This document shows positions 41,940-52,078 of a stretch of DNA of 64,000 nt, in pieces. This stretch comes from Candidatus Angelobacter sp. GTDB lineage: Bacteria > Acidobacteriota > Terriglobia > Terriglobales > Acidobacteriaceae. The notes under the pieces are model-generated. The model did not search any database, had not been told where the DNA came from, and worked only from the letters and a program-made list of their open reading frames with translations. Made by a program: the position numbers and the translations under genes. Where the stretch lies: NCBI GenBank assembly GCA_035263765.1, contig DATFQZ010000218.1, forward strand, positions 56 through 64,055, read 5' to 3'. The number at the start of each line of letters is the position of its first letter. The first letter of the stretch is position 1.

Positions 41940-43472
41940 CTAGGCCACAAACTCTTCGTTCGTTGCCGCCTGGCCTTGCTGTCGGGCCGGCGAAGGCATA
42001 CGATCGCACACGGTAGCCAGGGCAGCCAGTTTCTCTTCAAGCTCGCGAGTGAGCGCGCCTTGTCGCAAACGCCATCCCCAGTTGCCGGATGGTTCCGAAG
42101 GAACGTTCATTCGCGCTTCACTTCCCAGGCCCAGCACATCTTGCAGAGGCACGATGGCCATGCGAGCTACAGAAGCATAGGCGGCCCGAATGAACGCCCA
42201 GGGGACATCGAGCGCCGGGCCCATGTAGGCTTCGACAGCCTCTCTTTCATGGGGGCGAGCGGATTGCCACCATCCCAAAGTCGTGTCGTTGTCGTGCGTG
42301 CCGGTGTAGACAACGCAGTTCGGCGGATAATTCTGCGGCAAATAGATGTGAGCGCCGGGGTCGCCGAAGGCAAATTGCAGGACCTTCATTCCCGGGATTT
42401 GCAGGCGCTCTCGCAGGGCATGAACTTCCGGCGTGATCATGCCCAGGTCTTCGGCGATAAACGGCAGCTCGCCAACCCGCTCCCGCAAAACGCGGAACAG
42501 ATCGTCGCGAGGACCTTCCCGCCAGCGGCCATGGACCGCAGTGGGCTCCGCCGCGGGGATTTCCCAATAGCTCTCAAAGCCGCGGAAATGATCCAGGCGC
42601 AGGATGTCACACGTCCGCAGAGCCCACGAGATCCGCTGTGTCCACCATTGGTAACCTCGCGCGCGGCTGGCTTCCCATCGGTAGAGCGGATTGCCCCAAC
42701 GTTGTCCCGTGGCGCTGAATGCGTCCGGCGGGACGCCGGCAACCAGCGTAGGCTGAAGGCTCTCGTCGAGCGTGAAGAGCTCCGGGTTGCGCCACACGTC
42801 AGCACTGTCATAGTTGACGAAGATGGCGACGTCGCCCACGATGCGTATGCCGTACCGGGAACAATAGCCATGCAGCGCCCGCCACTGTTCGAAGAAAGCA
42901 AATTGGATGGCGCGTTCCACCTCGAGCTCACGCTGGTGCTCCACGCCGAAGCGGTGCATGCCCTCGGGTTCGCGGCGGGCCAGCTCCCGCGGCCACGAAC
43001 TCCATACCGCGCCGCCATGGGTCCGGCGGATGACCTCAAACAACACAAAATCTTCCAGCCACCAGGCGCATTCCTGTTTGAAACGCTCAAAGCGGCTGCG
43101 GCCGTTGTCGTTTTTCTCCAAAAAGGTCTGGGCGGCGCGGCGCAGCAGCGGGAGTTTGCAGGCTTGGACTTCGTCAAAGTTGATCTTGTCTCCTGTAGGC
43201 GGCGGCAACGAGTGCCCGGGGTCGACCCAGCCATGCTGAGCCAGCCTTTCCAGACTGACGAGAAGGGGATTGCCGGCGAACGTAGACGTCGCCGAGTAAG
43301 GAGAGTTGTTCAATCCGGGTGGGGAGAGCGGCAGAACCTGCCACAACCTCTGCCCCGCCCGTGTCAGGAAATCAGCGAATGCGTACGCTTCCGGCCCCAG
43401 GTCCCCAATGCCGCCCCGCGAAGGCAACGACGTGGGGTGGAGAAGAATTCCGGCAGAACGTTCCAACGGCAT
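41940..43472 (-). CDS. malQ: 4-alpha-glucanotransferase (amylomaltase, GH77)
   Basis: 'RSAGILLHPTSLPSRGGIGDLG', 'WQVLPLSPP..NSPYS', 'GDVAIFVNYDSADVW', 'LRLDHFRGF', 'FIAEDLG', 'YTGTHDNDT'. Confidence 0.92.
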   Translation of the reverse strand: MPLERSAGILLHPTSLPSRGGIGDLGPEAYAFADFLTRAGQRLWQVLPLSPPGLNNSPYSATSTFAGNPLLVSLERLAQHGWVDPGHSLPPPTGDKINFDEVQACKLPLLRRAAQTFLEKNDNGRSRFERFKQECAWWLEDFVLFEVIRRTHGGAVWSSWPRELARREPEGMHRFGVEHQRELEVERAIQFAFFEQWRALHGYCSRYGIRIVGDVAIFVNYDSADVWRNPELFTLDESLQPTLVAGVPPDAFSATGQRWGNPLYRWEASRARGYQWWTQRISWALRTCDILRLDHFRGFESYWEIPAAEPTAVHGRWREGPRDDLFRVLRERVGELPFIAEDLGMITPEVHALRERLQIPGMKVLQFAFGDPGAHIYLPQNYPPNCVVYTGTHDNDTTLGWWQSARPHEREAVEAYMGPALDVPWAFIRAAYASVARMAIVPLQDVLGLGSEARMNVPSEPSGNWGWRLRQGALTRELEEKLAALATVCDRMPSPARQQGQAATNEEFVA

Positions 43473-43487
43473 ATCACTCAGGGACCT

Positions 43488-45449
43488 TCAACCGCGGGAC
43501 CTGGTGAGATTTTGCATTTCAGCCTGGTTGATTTTGACTTTGCCGTCTTTTTTGAGCCGGTTTTCCAGTTCGCTCATGAAGAGCTCCAGCGCCTGCTGGC
43601 GTTTCTGCTCGGAAAGCTGCTCCGCGAGAGTGTCGCGCTGCTGGACAAACTGCGGGTCATTGGTCGAGGGCTCCTGGCGCTCCAGCATCTTCGCCACCAC
43701 ACCCTTGGGGCCAAGGGGGATGGGGCCGCTGATCTCGCCGGGCTTCAGCGCGAAGATAGCGCCAGCCTGCCCGCTCATGGGGCCGAGACCCTCGACGTTG
43801 GAGGTTCGGCCGACAAGCTCACTGGTCTTCACCGTGGCCCCGGCTTCTTTGGCGGCCTTGGCCAAGTCGTGTTCGGCATGGGCGCGGTCCGCCAATGCTG
43901 CCAGTTTCCTCTGGAAAAGTTCACCCGCGCGCTGGGCCTTGAAGTCGGTGGTCACGCGCTCTTTGATCTCCTCAAACGACGGTGTGCGCGCTGGTTCGAT
44001 CTTGGTGACTTTGAAGACCATGTAACCTTGGGTGTAACGGGCTATCTGCGCATCGGAATCTTGCTGGGCGGCAAACACCGCTGCCATGACTTCGGGGGAA
44101 GTTCCGACTCCAGGGAGGGCATCGGTTCTGCTGACTGGATTGCTCTGGACGATCTGTGCGCCGCTTTGGGCGGCTGCTTTTTCCAGCCCTTGTTTCCGCG
44201 CTATGTCGCCAGTCGTGGCCACTGCCTTGTCGAGGTAATCGCCAACTTCTTTTGCCTTCACCATCTGTTCAATCTCGGGCTTTACTTCCGAAAAAGGTTT
44301 CAGATGAGCTGATTCCTTCTCTTCCGTCTGGATGATGTGGAAACCGAATTGAGTCTGCACTGGATCGCTGATCTGCCCGGGGGCTTGGGCATAGACCACT
44401 CTTTCGAATTCAGGAACTGTCTGGCCTTTGACCACCCAGCCCAGTTCTCCACCTTTGTCCGCGCTTCCTGGGTCAGCTGATTCCTTTTTCGCCAGCGCGG
44501 CAAAGTCGGCACCCCCTTTGACCTGCTTGGCAATATCTGCGGCCTTGGCGCGGGCTGCCTCCACGGCTTTGGGATCGACCTTGCCGTCCGGACCAGGGGG
44601 CGGCATCTTGATGAGGATATGCCGCGCCCGGGCCCGCTCGGGCACGCGGTACGCATCTTGATTTTCGTTGTAATACCGCTGCAGGGCGCCGGCATCGACC
44701 GTGACCTTGCTCTCAGCGTCTTTATCGGTCATCAAGAAGTAATGGACCTGGCGCTTTTCCCCAATCATGTTCTGATAGCGCGCTTTGTTCTGGTCATAAA
44801 ACGCCTTGAGTTCGGCTTCGGTGGGGTTGACCTGCTTCTTGATCTCCTCCAAATCCAGCACTGCATATTCGAACTTGACTTTGGTGTTCTGTTCTTTGAA
44901 AGCGCGCTCGACCTCAGCAGGAGAGACGTTCACGCCGGCCATGATGGTGTTGACGAGCTTGCGGACCAGCAGGCTGTCCTTCAGTTGGGCTTCAAAGGCA
45001 GGCACCGTCAATCCCCACTGGTCTGCCACGATGTTTTCATACTGCTGCTGGCCGACCCAATTGCCGCCCGGGAAAAAAGCGGTTTTGAGCTGGCCGTGCT
45101 CCAGCTCGTCGCGCACCTCCTGGTCAGACACCTTCAACCCTAAGCGCTGGGCCTCGTAGCGGACTTCCTGCTTCTGGATCAACTGCCTGACCGCCTGCTG
45201 CATCAGGATGGGCATGTAGAAGTCCGGAACCGGGCGTCCTTGGGTCTGGGACTGCACGAATTGGTTCACTTCTTCAACGCCGATATTGGTCCCTGCCACG
45301 GTGGCGATAACGCCGCTGCGGGAATTCACGTCAGCACCGGACATGAATCCAGGGATCAGGTAAACCACCATGCCCCCGCAGATAATCAGCAGAAATACGC
45401 TGAGAATGTATTTGGCAGCCTTGTTACCGCTTTGCAAGAACCGAATCAT
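43488..45449 (-). CDS. ppiD: membrane-anchored periplasmic chaperone / parvulin-type peptidyl-prolyl isomerase (PpiD/SurA-like)
   Basis: N-terminal anchor 'AAKYILSVFLLIICGGMVVYLIPG', SurA-N-like region, and parvulin domain 'RARHILIK...GGELGWVVKGQTVPEFERVVY...FGFHIIQ'. Confidence 0.8.
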   Translation of the reverse strand: MIRFLQSGNKAAKYILSVFLLIICGGMVVYLIPGFMSGADVNSRSGVIATVAGTNIGVEEVNQFVQSQTQGRPVPDFYMPILMQQAVRQLIQKQEVRYEAQRLGLKVSDQEVRDELEHGQLKTAFFPGGNWVGQQQYENIVADQWGLTVPAFEAQLKDSLLVRKLVNTIMAGVNVSPAEVERAFKEQNTKVKFEYAVLDLEEIKKQVNPTEAELKAFYDQNKARYQNMIGEKRQVHYFLMTDKDAESKVTVDAGALQRYYNENQDAYRVPERARARHILIKMPPPGPDGKVDPKAVEAARAKAADIAKQVKGGADFAALAKKESADPGSADKGGELGWVVKGQTVPEFERVVYAQAPGQISDPVQTQFGFHIIQTEEKESAHLKPFSEVKPEIEQMVKAKEVGDYLDKAVATTGDIARKQGLEKAAAQSGAQIVQSNPVSRTDALPGVGTSPEVMAAVFAAQQDSDAQIARYTQGYMVFKVTKIEPARTPSFEEIKERVTTDFKAQRAGELFQRKLAALADRAHAEHDLAKAAKEAGATVKTSELVGRTSNVEGLGPMSGQAGAIFALKPGEISGPIPLGPKGVVAKMLERQEPSTNDPQFVQQRDTLAEQLSEQKRQQALELFMSELENRLKKDGKVKINQAEMQNLTRSRG

Positions 45450-45715
45450 GTGTGGGAAACTCCAGGAAAAGATAAGACTCGTTCCATTATATCGGAGGAA
45501 GAGCCGCCTTGACTGCCGTGCCTGTAGTTCTTGGCGGTGCAGTTTGCCAGCAAGGATTCATCGCTGCGCGATGAACGTCTGCCTAAAGGCCCGCGATCCC
45601 GGCGTGCCGGGACTAGACGCTGATACTGTTAGTGGATCGGCTTTTAAAACCGACCCACTACCGGCCAGTCCGCTGGCAACGGTACGGCCATCCGGGCAAT
45701 CCTACTGCAAGCAAA

Positions 45716-46816
45716 ATGACGTTGGTCGAACATACGCGCGTGAACATGGTGGACGCCCCCGCCCCGGCTTCCCCAGGGCCTTCTACCCGCCGTTTGCGTG
45801 TTGCCGCGGGCGTTTTCTGCGCCCTGCTGATCATCTTTTGGTTCATCGCCAAGTATTTTCAAGTTCAGCAGGTGGAGGACCACCCGGTCTCAACGCTCGT
45901 GAGCTTTGCGCTTCTCTTCGCTCCCTACTGGTTCTTCGGCTTCGGTGCGGCCGAGTGGTTGCGGAGCGTTTTGCCTCGCGCACCCGGGCGGATCGGCGCC
46001 GCCGCCCTGCTGGCGTTACCTTACTTTGTCCTTGCGATACCGCGCGGTGAGTTTCACTGGACGCTAGCCGTCACGCTGGTTGGACTGGCTCTGCTGAGCG
46101 CCGCCGTAGTCGAAACATGGAAGAAGCCCGGCAACTGGGCCGACGTCTTCGTCCTGGCCACTGCCGGCCTGGTGATCGACCTGGGATTGCTCAACACGTC
46201 AGGGCCGCTGGCAGTGCCAGGCACGACTCTTTGGCCGCCTGGCCTCGGCGGATTCCCTAAGATGATGATGATGAACGTGGCGCTGTACTGCTACCTGGTC
46301 GTTAAGCCGCTTGAAGGCATCGGCTACGACCTCACGCCGCGCTTCTCTGACGTCAAGACCGGCCTGCGCGAGCTGCTTTTCTACATGCCCGTCGTGCTGC
46401 CTCTGGGGTTCTGGCTCGGCTTCTTGCAGTTTCATCCCGCCAGGCCACCAGTGTTCCTGGTTCCCGCGGCTTGGATTTTCACGTTTGCTTTTGTAGCCAT
46501 GCCGGAAGAGTTGTTCTTCCGTGGCTTGGTGCAAAACCTGCTCGAACGACGCATGGCAAGAAACCTTGCCCTCCTGGTCGCGTCAATTCTCTTCGGCCTT
46601 TCCCACTTCAATAAGCACGCCGGCGGACAGTTTCTCTTGCCGATTGCTGGACACACCTTGCTTTTCAATTGGCGCTACGTCCTGCTGGCGACGATCGCCG
46701 GCATCTTCTATGGCCGCGCCTGGCGCGACAAGCGCCGCTTGTTCGCTTCTTCTATCACCCACGCCAGCGTGGACACGGTGTGGTCACTGCTGTTTAGGAA
46801 AGCAGTGGGCAGTTAG
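45716..46816 (+). CDS. CPBP family intramembrane glutamic endopeptidase (CAAX protease-like)
   Basis: Multi-pass membrane protein with motifs 'PEELFFRGLVQN', 'FGLSHF' and 'THASVD'. Start moved to ATG 45716, because the listed GTG 45632 lies inside a hairpin and the early codons are not protein-like. Confidence 0.8.
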   Translation: MTLVEHTRVNMVDAPAPASPGPSTRRLRVAAGVFCALLIIFWFIAKYFQVQQVEDHPVSTLVSFALLFAPYWFFGFGAAEWLRSVLPRAPGRIGAAALLALPYFVLAIPRGEFHWTLAVTLVGLALLSAAVVETWKKPGNWADVFVLATAGLVIDLGLLNTSGPLAVPGTTLWPPGLGGFPKMMMMNVALYCYLVVKPLEGIGYDLTPRFSDVKTGLRELLFYMPVVLPLGFWLGFLQFHPARPPVFLVPAAWIFTFAFVAMPEELFFRGLVQNLLERRMARNLALLVASILFGLSHFNKHAGGQFLLPIAGHTLLFNWRYVLLATIAGIFYGRAWRDKRRLFASSITHASVDTVWSLLFRKAVGS

Positions 46817-46994
46817 TACTTAGCAACTAGCAGTTAGCAATTGGCAATTAGCAGTTAGCAGCTGGCAGTTAGCAGTTGGCAGTTAGCGGTTGGCAGTTGG
46901 CAGTTAGCTTAGCGAAGCCACGCAAGAATGCGCGTCTCGCGAGTCTGGCTGGATCAGCTAGTTGGGCTAATTGCCAACTGCTAATTGCTAATTG
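46810..46994. repeat. heptamer satellite palindrome: 14 phased units (CAGTTRG-type) opposed by 5 reverse-complement units (CTAATTG/CCAACTG)
   Basis: 46810-46907 reads 'cagttag tacttag caactag cagttag caattgg caattag cagttag cagctgg cagttag cagttgg cagttag cggttgg cagttgg cagttag'. 46958-46994 reads 'ctagttg gg ctaattg ccaactg ctaattg ctaattg'. It begins inside the CPBP stop codon and ends about 60 bp before the M14 gene start. Confidence 0.85.
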
Positions 46995-47057
46995 CCGCGT
47001 GCATCACCGCGTTATAATCTCCACCGCTTTACGAACTCACCATCGAGGTCAATGGTC

Positions 47058-50000
47058 ATGAAGCGCGGGATGATTGGTTTTCTTCTTCTCATCGGAATCC
47101 TGGCTGGCAGCAGCCTGGGACAAGCTCCCAAGTGCACCCTGAGCGCACATACGGAATACGACAAGAAAATCAAGGAGTACACCACAGAGCCGTACTTCAT
47201 TACGGAACTCGTGGACCACTTACCGTTGAGCTCTTGCGTACCCGCGCCGGACGCATTCCTGCATCACATCGTCGGCGCGCCGGACGTGCTCGACTACACC
47301 AAGGACATCAATGCCTACATGCGCTTGCTGGCCAGCAAGAGCCCGCGCGTGAAGGTATTCAGCATCGGCAAGTCGGAGGAAGGCCGGGAGATGCTGGCCG
47401 TCGTGGTGAGCGACGAACGGAATCTCGCCAGGCTCGAGCGCTATAAGGAGATCACGAGGCGCTTAGCGGACCCGCGTGGTCTCAAGGAAGAAGACGCCCA
47501 CAAGCTGATCGGCGAAGGCAAGCCCATCTATTGGGCTGACGGCAGCATTCATTCACCGGAAACCGGCGCGCCGGAAATGCTGATGGAACTTGCCTACCGC
47601 CTGGCGGTCGAGGAGACGCCTTTCATACAGAAGATTCGCAGCGACTCCATCGTCATGATCACGCCGCTGGTCGAAACCGACGGCCACGACCGCATGGTGG
47701 ACGTCTACATGCATCGCAAAAAACACCCCGAGGATCCGCCGTACCCGCTCGTGTGGTGGGGACACTATGTGTCTCACGACAACAATCGCGACAACCTGGG
47801 CGTCACGCTGGCGCTTTCCCGCAACATGCTCAAAACTTTTCTGGAGTGGCATCCCACGGTGATGCATGACCTCCACGAATCCGTCCCGTATCTCTACATC
47901 ATGACCGGCACCGGCCCCTACAACGCATGGCTCGATCCCATCGTCATCAGCGAATGGCAGCAGATGGCCTACTACGAGATTGAAGAGATGACCAAGCGCG
48001 GCGTGATCGGGGTGTGGACGCACGGGTTCTATGACGGCTGGGCGCCGAATTACCTCCTCTCGATCGCGAACAATCACAATTCCATCGGCCGCTTCTACGA
48101 AACGTTCGGCAACGGCGGCGCCGACACACGGGTGCGCACCCTCCCGGCCGAAAGCACGAGCCGCGATTGGTTCCGGCCCAACCCGCCACTACCCAAGGTG
48201 AAATGGTCGGCGCGCAACAACATCAACATGCAGGAAAGCGCCATCCTGTTCGGCATGAACAACGTGGCCAGCAACGGACAGCAGTTCCTCAACAACTTTT
48301 ATCTGAAGAGCCACCGCGCGGTCGAAAAGGCGAGAAACGAAGGCCCAGCCGCGTGGGTTTTCCCCGCCGATGATCCGCGCCCCGCGGAACAAGCTGCATT
48401 GCTGAACCTGCTGGAGATGCAAGGCGTGGAAATCCAGCGTACGGACAAGGAGTTTCGCATCCCTGCTGCAACAGCAGAGGCCTCCGACAAAGGACGCAAG
48501 GGCGAGGATGCTGCTCCGGCTGCGAAGCCTGACAGGAAATCTTCTGACGCCGCCGACAAAAAGCCGGCCGACACGATCATTCCCGCGGGCAGCTACGTGG
48601 TGCGCATGGACCAGCCTTACAGCCGGTTGGCGGACGCTGTCCTGGACACCCAGTATTACAACCCGCGCGATCCGCGGTCGTATGACGATACCGGCTGGAC
48701 TTTGGGCGCGCTGCGTAACGTCAAAACTTTGCGCGTGACCGATGTGTCGATTCTGGATACGCCCATGCAGAAGGTCGGTGACGTCACGGTTCCCGGAGGT
48801 GTTCGTGGTGAAGGTAATATCTATCTGATCAATCACAACACCGACAACACTCTGGCCAGTTTGCGGTTCCGGTTGGCCAGCGTCGCCATGGAAGCCGCAG
48901 AAGAGCCGTTTGAAGTTGACGGTCTCAAATTCAAAGCCGGGACGTTTGTTATCCGCACGGTTGACCGCAATCAACTCGATCAGGCCGCGAAGGACCTGGG
49001 GCTGAAAGTCCATGCCACCAGGAGCGAAGTGAAAGTCTCCACGCATCCGTTGGCAGTGCCCCGCGTGGCCCTGGTTCACAACTGGCAGAACACTCAGAAC
49101 GACGGCTGGTTTCGCATCGCATTCGAGACCTTGCAGGTTCCGTACACCTATGTGGCGGACACCAAGCTGCGCGAGACTGCCAACCTGCGCCAGAGTTTTG
49201 ACGTCATCATTCTTCCCCCGATGGGTGGAGGCGGTCCGGCCGGCTTGAGCTCCATCATCCGCGGACTTCCCAGGCGCGGCGATCCCATGCCGTGGAAGAA
49301 CTCGGATGAGACCCCCAATTTTGTCGCTCCCGGCCTGGATTCAACCGACGATATTCGAGGAGGCCTGGGCTACAGCGGCCTGGCCAACCTGGAACAGTTT
49401 GTGCGCGATGGCGGCCTGCTGATCGCGGTCCAGACCAGCGCCGCCCTTCCCGTGGCCGGGGCTATGACGGACATGGTGAACGTTACCGACGCGCGCGCCA
49501 TGCAGGCGCCGGGCAGCGTTGTGTTGGCAAGCGTCGACGACAAGCGCAGCCCCATCGCCTATGGCTATGACGACAAACTCTATGTTTACTTCCGGCAGGG
49601 GCCTGTAATTACCGTGAGCACCGGACTGGGTGGACCGGGAGGGCAGGAAGGCGCTGCCACGGGCCGGGCCAGCGGACGCGGTTCGATCAGCGATCCCGAC
49701 GTGATCCAAGGGCGCCCCTACATTGCGCCGGAAAAACAGGTCAAGCGCACGCCCCGCGAACAGGAGCTTTACATCCCTGAAGACACGCCGGACGCCGCAC
49801 GCTGGTTTCTGCCCGCGCACGATGCTTTCCCGCGCGTTGTCCTGCGCTTTGCTCAGGAGAAGGAACTGGTCCTGAGCGGCATGATCACGGGCGGAAATGA
49901 AATCGCCGAAAAGCCCGCAGTGGTGGATGTTCCCCACGGCAAGGGCCACGTTGTGCTGTTTGCGACCAATCCGATGTGGCGAGCGGAGACCATGGGAAGC

Positions 50001-50111
50001 TTTTTCCTGGTATTCAACGCCATGCTTAATTACGACCACTTGAGCGCCGGCGTTGCAGTTCCGGCAACCAAGACTGCAACGGCTTCCGCCGGGGCTGAAG
50101 ACCAAGAGTAA
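47058..50111 (+). CDS. large secreted M14 (zinc carboxypeptidase)-like metallopeptidase
   Basis: Signal peptide 'MKRGMIGFLLLIGILAGSSLGQA'. M14-like 'YTKDINAYMRLLA', 'VKVFSIGKSEEGREMLAVVVS', and zinc motif H-x-x-E in 'DGSIHSPETGAPEM'. Alternative ATG at 47052. Confidence 0.78.
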   Translation: MKRGMIGFLLLIGILAGSSLGQAPKCTLSAHTEYDKKIKEYTTEPYFITELVDHLPLSSCVPAPDAFLHHIVGAPDVLDYTKDINAYMRLLASKSPRVKVFSIGKSEEGREMLAVVVSDERNLARLERYKEITRRLADPRGLKEEDAHKLIGEGKPIYWADGSIHSPETGAPEMLMELAYRLAVEETPFIQKIRSDSIVMITPLVETDGHDRMVDVYMHRKKHPEDPPYPLVWWGHYVSHDNNRDNLGVTLALSRNMLKTFLEWHPTVMHDLHESVPYLYIMTGTGPYNAWLDPIVISEWQQMAYYEIEEMTKRGVIGVWTHGFYDGWAPNYLLSIANNHNSIGRFYETFGNGGADTRVRTLPAESTSRDWFRPNPPLPKVKWSARNNINMQESAILFGMNNVASNGQQFLNNFYLKSHRAVEKARNEGPAAWVFPADDPRPAEQAALLNLLEMQGVEIQRTDKEFRIPAATAEASDKGRKGEDAAPAAKPDRKSSDAADKKPADTIIPAGSYVVRMDQPYSRLADAVLDTQYYNPRDPRSYDDTGWTLGALRNVKTLRVTDVSILDTPMQKVGDVTVPGGVRGEGNIYLINHNTDNTLASLRFRLASVAMEAAEEPFEVDGLKFKAGTFVIRTVDRNQLDQAAKDLGLKVHATRSEVKVSTHPLAVPRVALVHNWQNTQNDGWFRIAFETLQVPYTYVADTKLRETANLRQSFDVIILPPMGGGGPAGLSSIIRGLPRRGDPMPWKNSDETPNFVAPGLDSTDDIRGGLGYSGLANLEQFVRDGGLLIAVQTSAALPVAGAMTDMVNVTDARAMQAPGSVVLASVDDKRSPIAYGYDDKLYVYFRQGPVITVSTGLGGPGGQEGAATGRASGRGSISDPDVIQGRPYIAPEKQVKRTPREQELYIPEDTPDAARWFLPAHDAFPRVVLRFAQEKELVLSGMITGGNEIAEKPAVVDVPHGKGHVVLFATNPMWRAETMGSFFLVFNAMLNYDHLSAGVAVPATKTATASAGAEDQE

Positions 50112-50118
50112 CCCTCAG

Positions 50119-50149
50119 GGGGCGCAAGCTTCTTCGCAGCTTGCGCCCC
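50119..50149 (+). terminator. strong GC hairpin after the M14 gene (11-bp perfect stem)
   Basis: 'ggggcgcaagc ttcttcgca gcttgcgcccc', starting 8 nt after the stop codon. No clear T-tract follows. Confidence 0.55.
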
Positions 50150-50620
50150 GCTCACACGGGGATGCCTGCCTTTCCTCTTTACTCTTTACATTTCCTGAGG
50201 ATTCTTATTTTGCCTTTCGCCAGCACCTCTGATTGTCTAGGCATCAAACTGATCAAAATCCTGGATCTCCCAGGACGGTAGTGTATGCAGGAAGAAAAAC
50301 GAAATCCCGTATTTGCTCTGTGGCTGGCCGCGTACGAGGAACAGCTGATTCGATTGGCTCAAGGAATCACTCAGGGGACAGGAACACCGGGGCAACCCTC
50401 CTTGCCCACTGACTCCGGTTGTACGCCCGAGGTAACCCCTGAGTAATCAGCCTATATGGTTGCCAGAACTTGGCGGTAAGTACCACAATTGAGATGACAA
50501 CAATTTCCGGTTGTTTGGGTTTCAAGTGCCTGGGGACTCGAAGGGGTCCCTGCCGTTGAATCGGGTCATGCCGGCACGGCCTGGCATTGCACATTCATTG
50601 AATTGCATCAGGTGATACTC

Positions 50621-52078
50621 ATGCTGCCAAAGAGAGTTGGTTTTCTTTTATTTGCATTTTTAGGGGTTTCATTCCTGGCGGGTTGTGGTGGCGGTTCCAA
50701 TTCATTAGCGGGTCCACCCTCAGGACCCTTCAGCAACGCAAGCCTAAACGGCAGTTACGCATTTACCCTCAGCGGGACAAACACGGGAGGCTTTTTTGCC
50801 GTCGCGGGTAGTTTTCAGGCCAACGGCGCCGGCACAATTACCAGCGGGACAGAGGACATCAATAGCCCGGGTACCGTCGGAGTCCTGACCAACCAGCCCC
50901 TCACCGGGAGCTACGCGGTGCGCGCGGACGGCCGAGGCACGGCCACCATCACCTCGGGGTCCACTACATTTAATCTCGCTTTCGTCCTTATCAACACATC
51001 AAGCGGTCTGGTCATTCGCTTCCAAAACACCGCTACCGCCAGCGGCACTCTTGACCTGCAGAACGCGGCCGCGTTCAACCTGACTACGCTCGCCGGCTCG
51101 TTCGCTTTCACTGTTTCCGGCGTCAACAATCTCGCACAACCGGACGCCGTCGCCGCGCTAATCACGCTGGATGCTTCCGGCGACATCACCTCCGGCGTGC
51201 TCGACGAAAACAACAATGGCACGGTCACCCTGAGTAACACGATTCCCGCGACCGGCCTGGCGTTTTCTGTTCCCGTGAACGGGCGCAGCACGCTCACGGT
51301 TCCCACCACGTCCCTGGGAACCCTCAACTTCGCGGTGTACATTGTCGATGCCAACCACCTGAAGTTGGTGGAGACCGACGCCGGCTTCCCGCTCACGGGC
51401 GAGCCCTTCCGGCAATCCTCAAGCACAGTTACGGGGAGTTTCGCGTTCACGACTGCCGGCGCCAGCTTCGTCGGGAATGGCGCGTTCGTCTCCGGCGGAA
51501 TCCTCAACACTGACGGTGTAAGCAACATCCTGGGTACCAGCGTAGTGGACGTGGACAGCGGGGGCGCCGTGGTCACCAACGCTGCGGTGTCTGGCACCTT
51601 CACGGTTGTCGCCGGCCGCGGGACCGCAACCATCAATGGCGCGGGAACAACCCACCTCGTTTTCTACCCTACGACCGGAGGCTTGCAGTTGCTGGGAATC
51701 GATTCCACGAATGTTGCCACCGGAGTTGCTTTCCAGCAATCGGGCGGGCCATTTTCCACTGGGTCGATCGCCGGGCCGTTTGGGTTGAACTACAGCGGGA
51801 CGAACAGCGCCGGAGAGGTTGACGCCACCGGCCAGTTCAGCGCTTCAGGTACCGGCAGTCTCTCTGGTGCTCTCGATCTCAACAACGCGGGCGCCACCGC
51901 GGGCAATCTGGCGCTTACCGGAACGTATTCCGCGGCTGCCAATGGACGAGGCACAGGAACGCTCAACACCTCCGCCGGCCCCGTGAACATCATCTTTTAC
52001 ATGGCCAGCGGCTCAAGAGTGGTCTTTATAGAAGCCGACAGTTTCCAGGTTGCCTCCGGAATCTTCCTTCACCAATAG
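50621..52078 (+). CDS. lipoprotein built from four tandem ~110-aa beta-rich repeats (uncharacterised)
   Basis: Lipobox 'LFAFLGVSFLAGCGGGS'. Four repeats each open with '(L/V)(N/A/T)GS(Y/F)AFT..G' and contain '..GRGTAT(I/L)..' / 'NGRSTLTV', then a 'LxFxxxxxxxxLxLxExD' strand. ATG 50621 preferred over TTG 50603. Confidence 0.7.
   Translation: MLPKRVGFLLFAFLGVSFLAGCGGGSNSLAGPPSGPFSNASLNGSYAFTLSGTNTGGFFAVAGSFQANGAGTITSGTEDINSPGTVGVLTNQPLTGSYAVRADGRGTATITSGSTTFNLAFVLINTSSGLVIRFQNTATASGTLDLQNAAAFNLTTLAGSFAFTVSGVNNLAQPDAVAALITLDASGDITSGVLDENNNGTVTLSNTIPATGLAFSVPVNGRSTLTVPTTSLGTLNFAVYIVDANHLKLVETDAGFPLTGEPFRQSSSTVTGSFAFTTAGASFVGNGAFVSGGILNTDGVSNILGTSVVDVDSGGAVVTNAAVSGTFTVVAGRGTATINGAGTTHLVFYPTTGGLQLLGIDSTNVATGVAFQQSGGPFSTGSIAGPFGLNYSGTNSAGEVDATGQFSASGTGSLSGALDLNNAGATAGNLALTGTYSAAANGRGTGTLNTSAGPVNIIFYMASGSRVVFIEADSFQVASGIFLHQ

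Noticed and set aside
41799-44312. 837-codon plus-strand ORF
   Set aside because: It lies entirely antisense to malQ and the PpiD-like gene, both of which have clear family motifs. Its composition is Arg/Ala/Gly-rich junk typical of high-GC antisense frames.
46810-46994. Heptamer arrays considered as a CRISPR array
   Set aside because: The units are 7 nt, contiguous and without spacers. There are no cas genes in the window, and the arrangement is palindromic. It is a satellite/REP-type repeat, not CRISPR.
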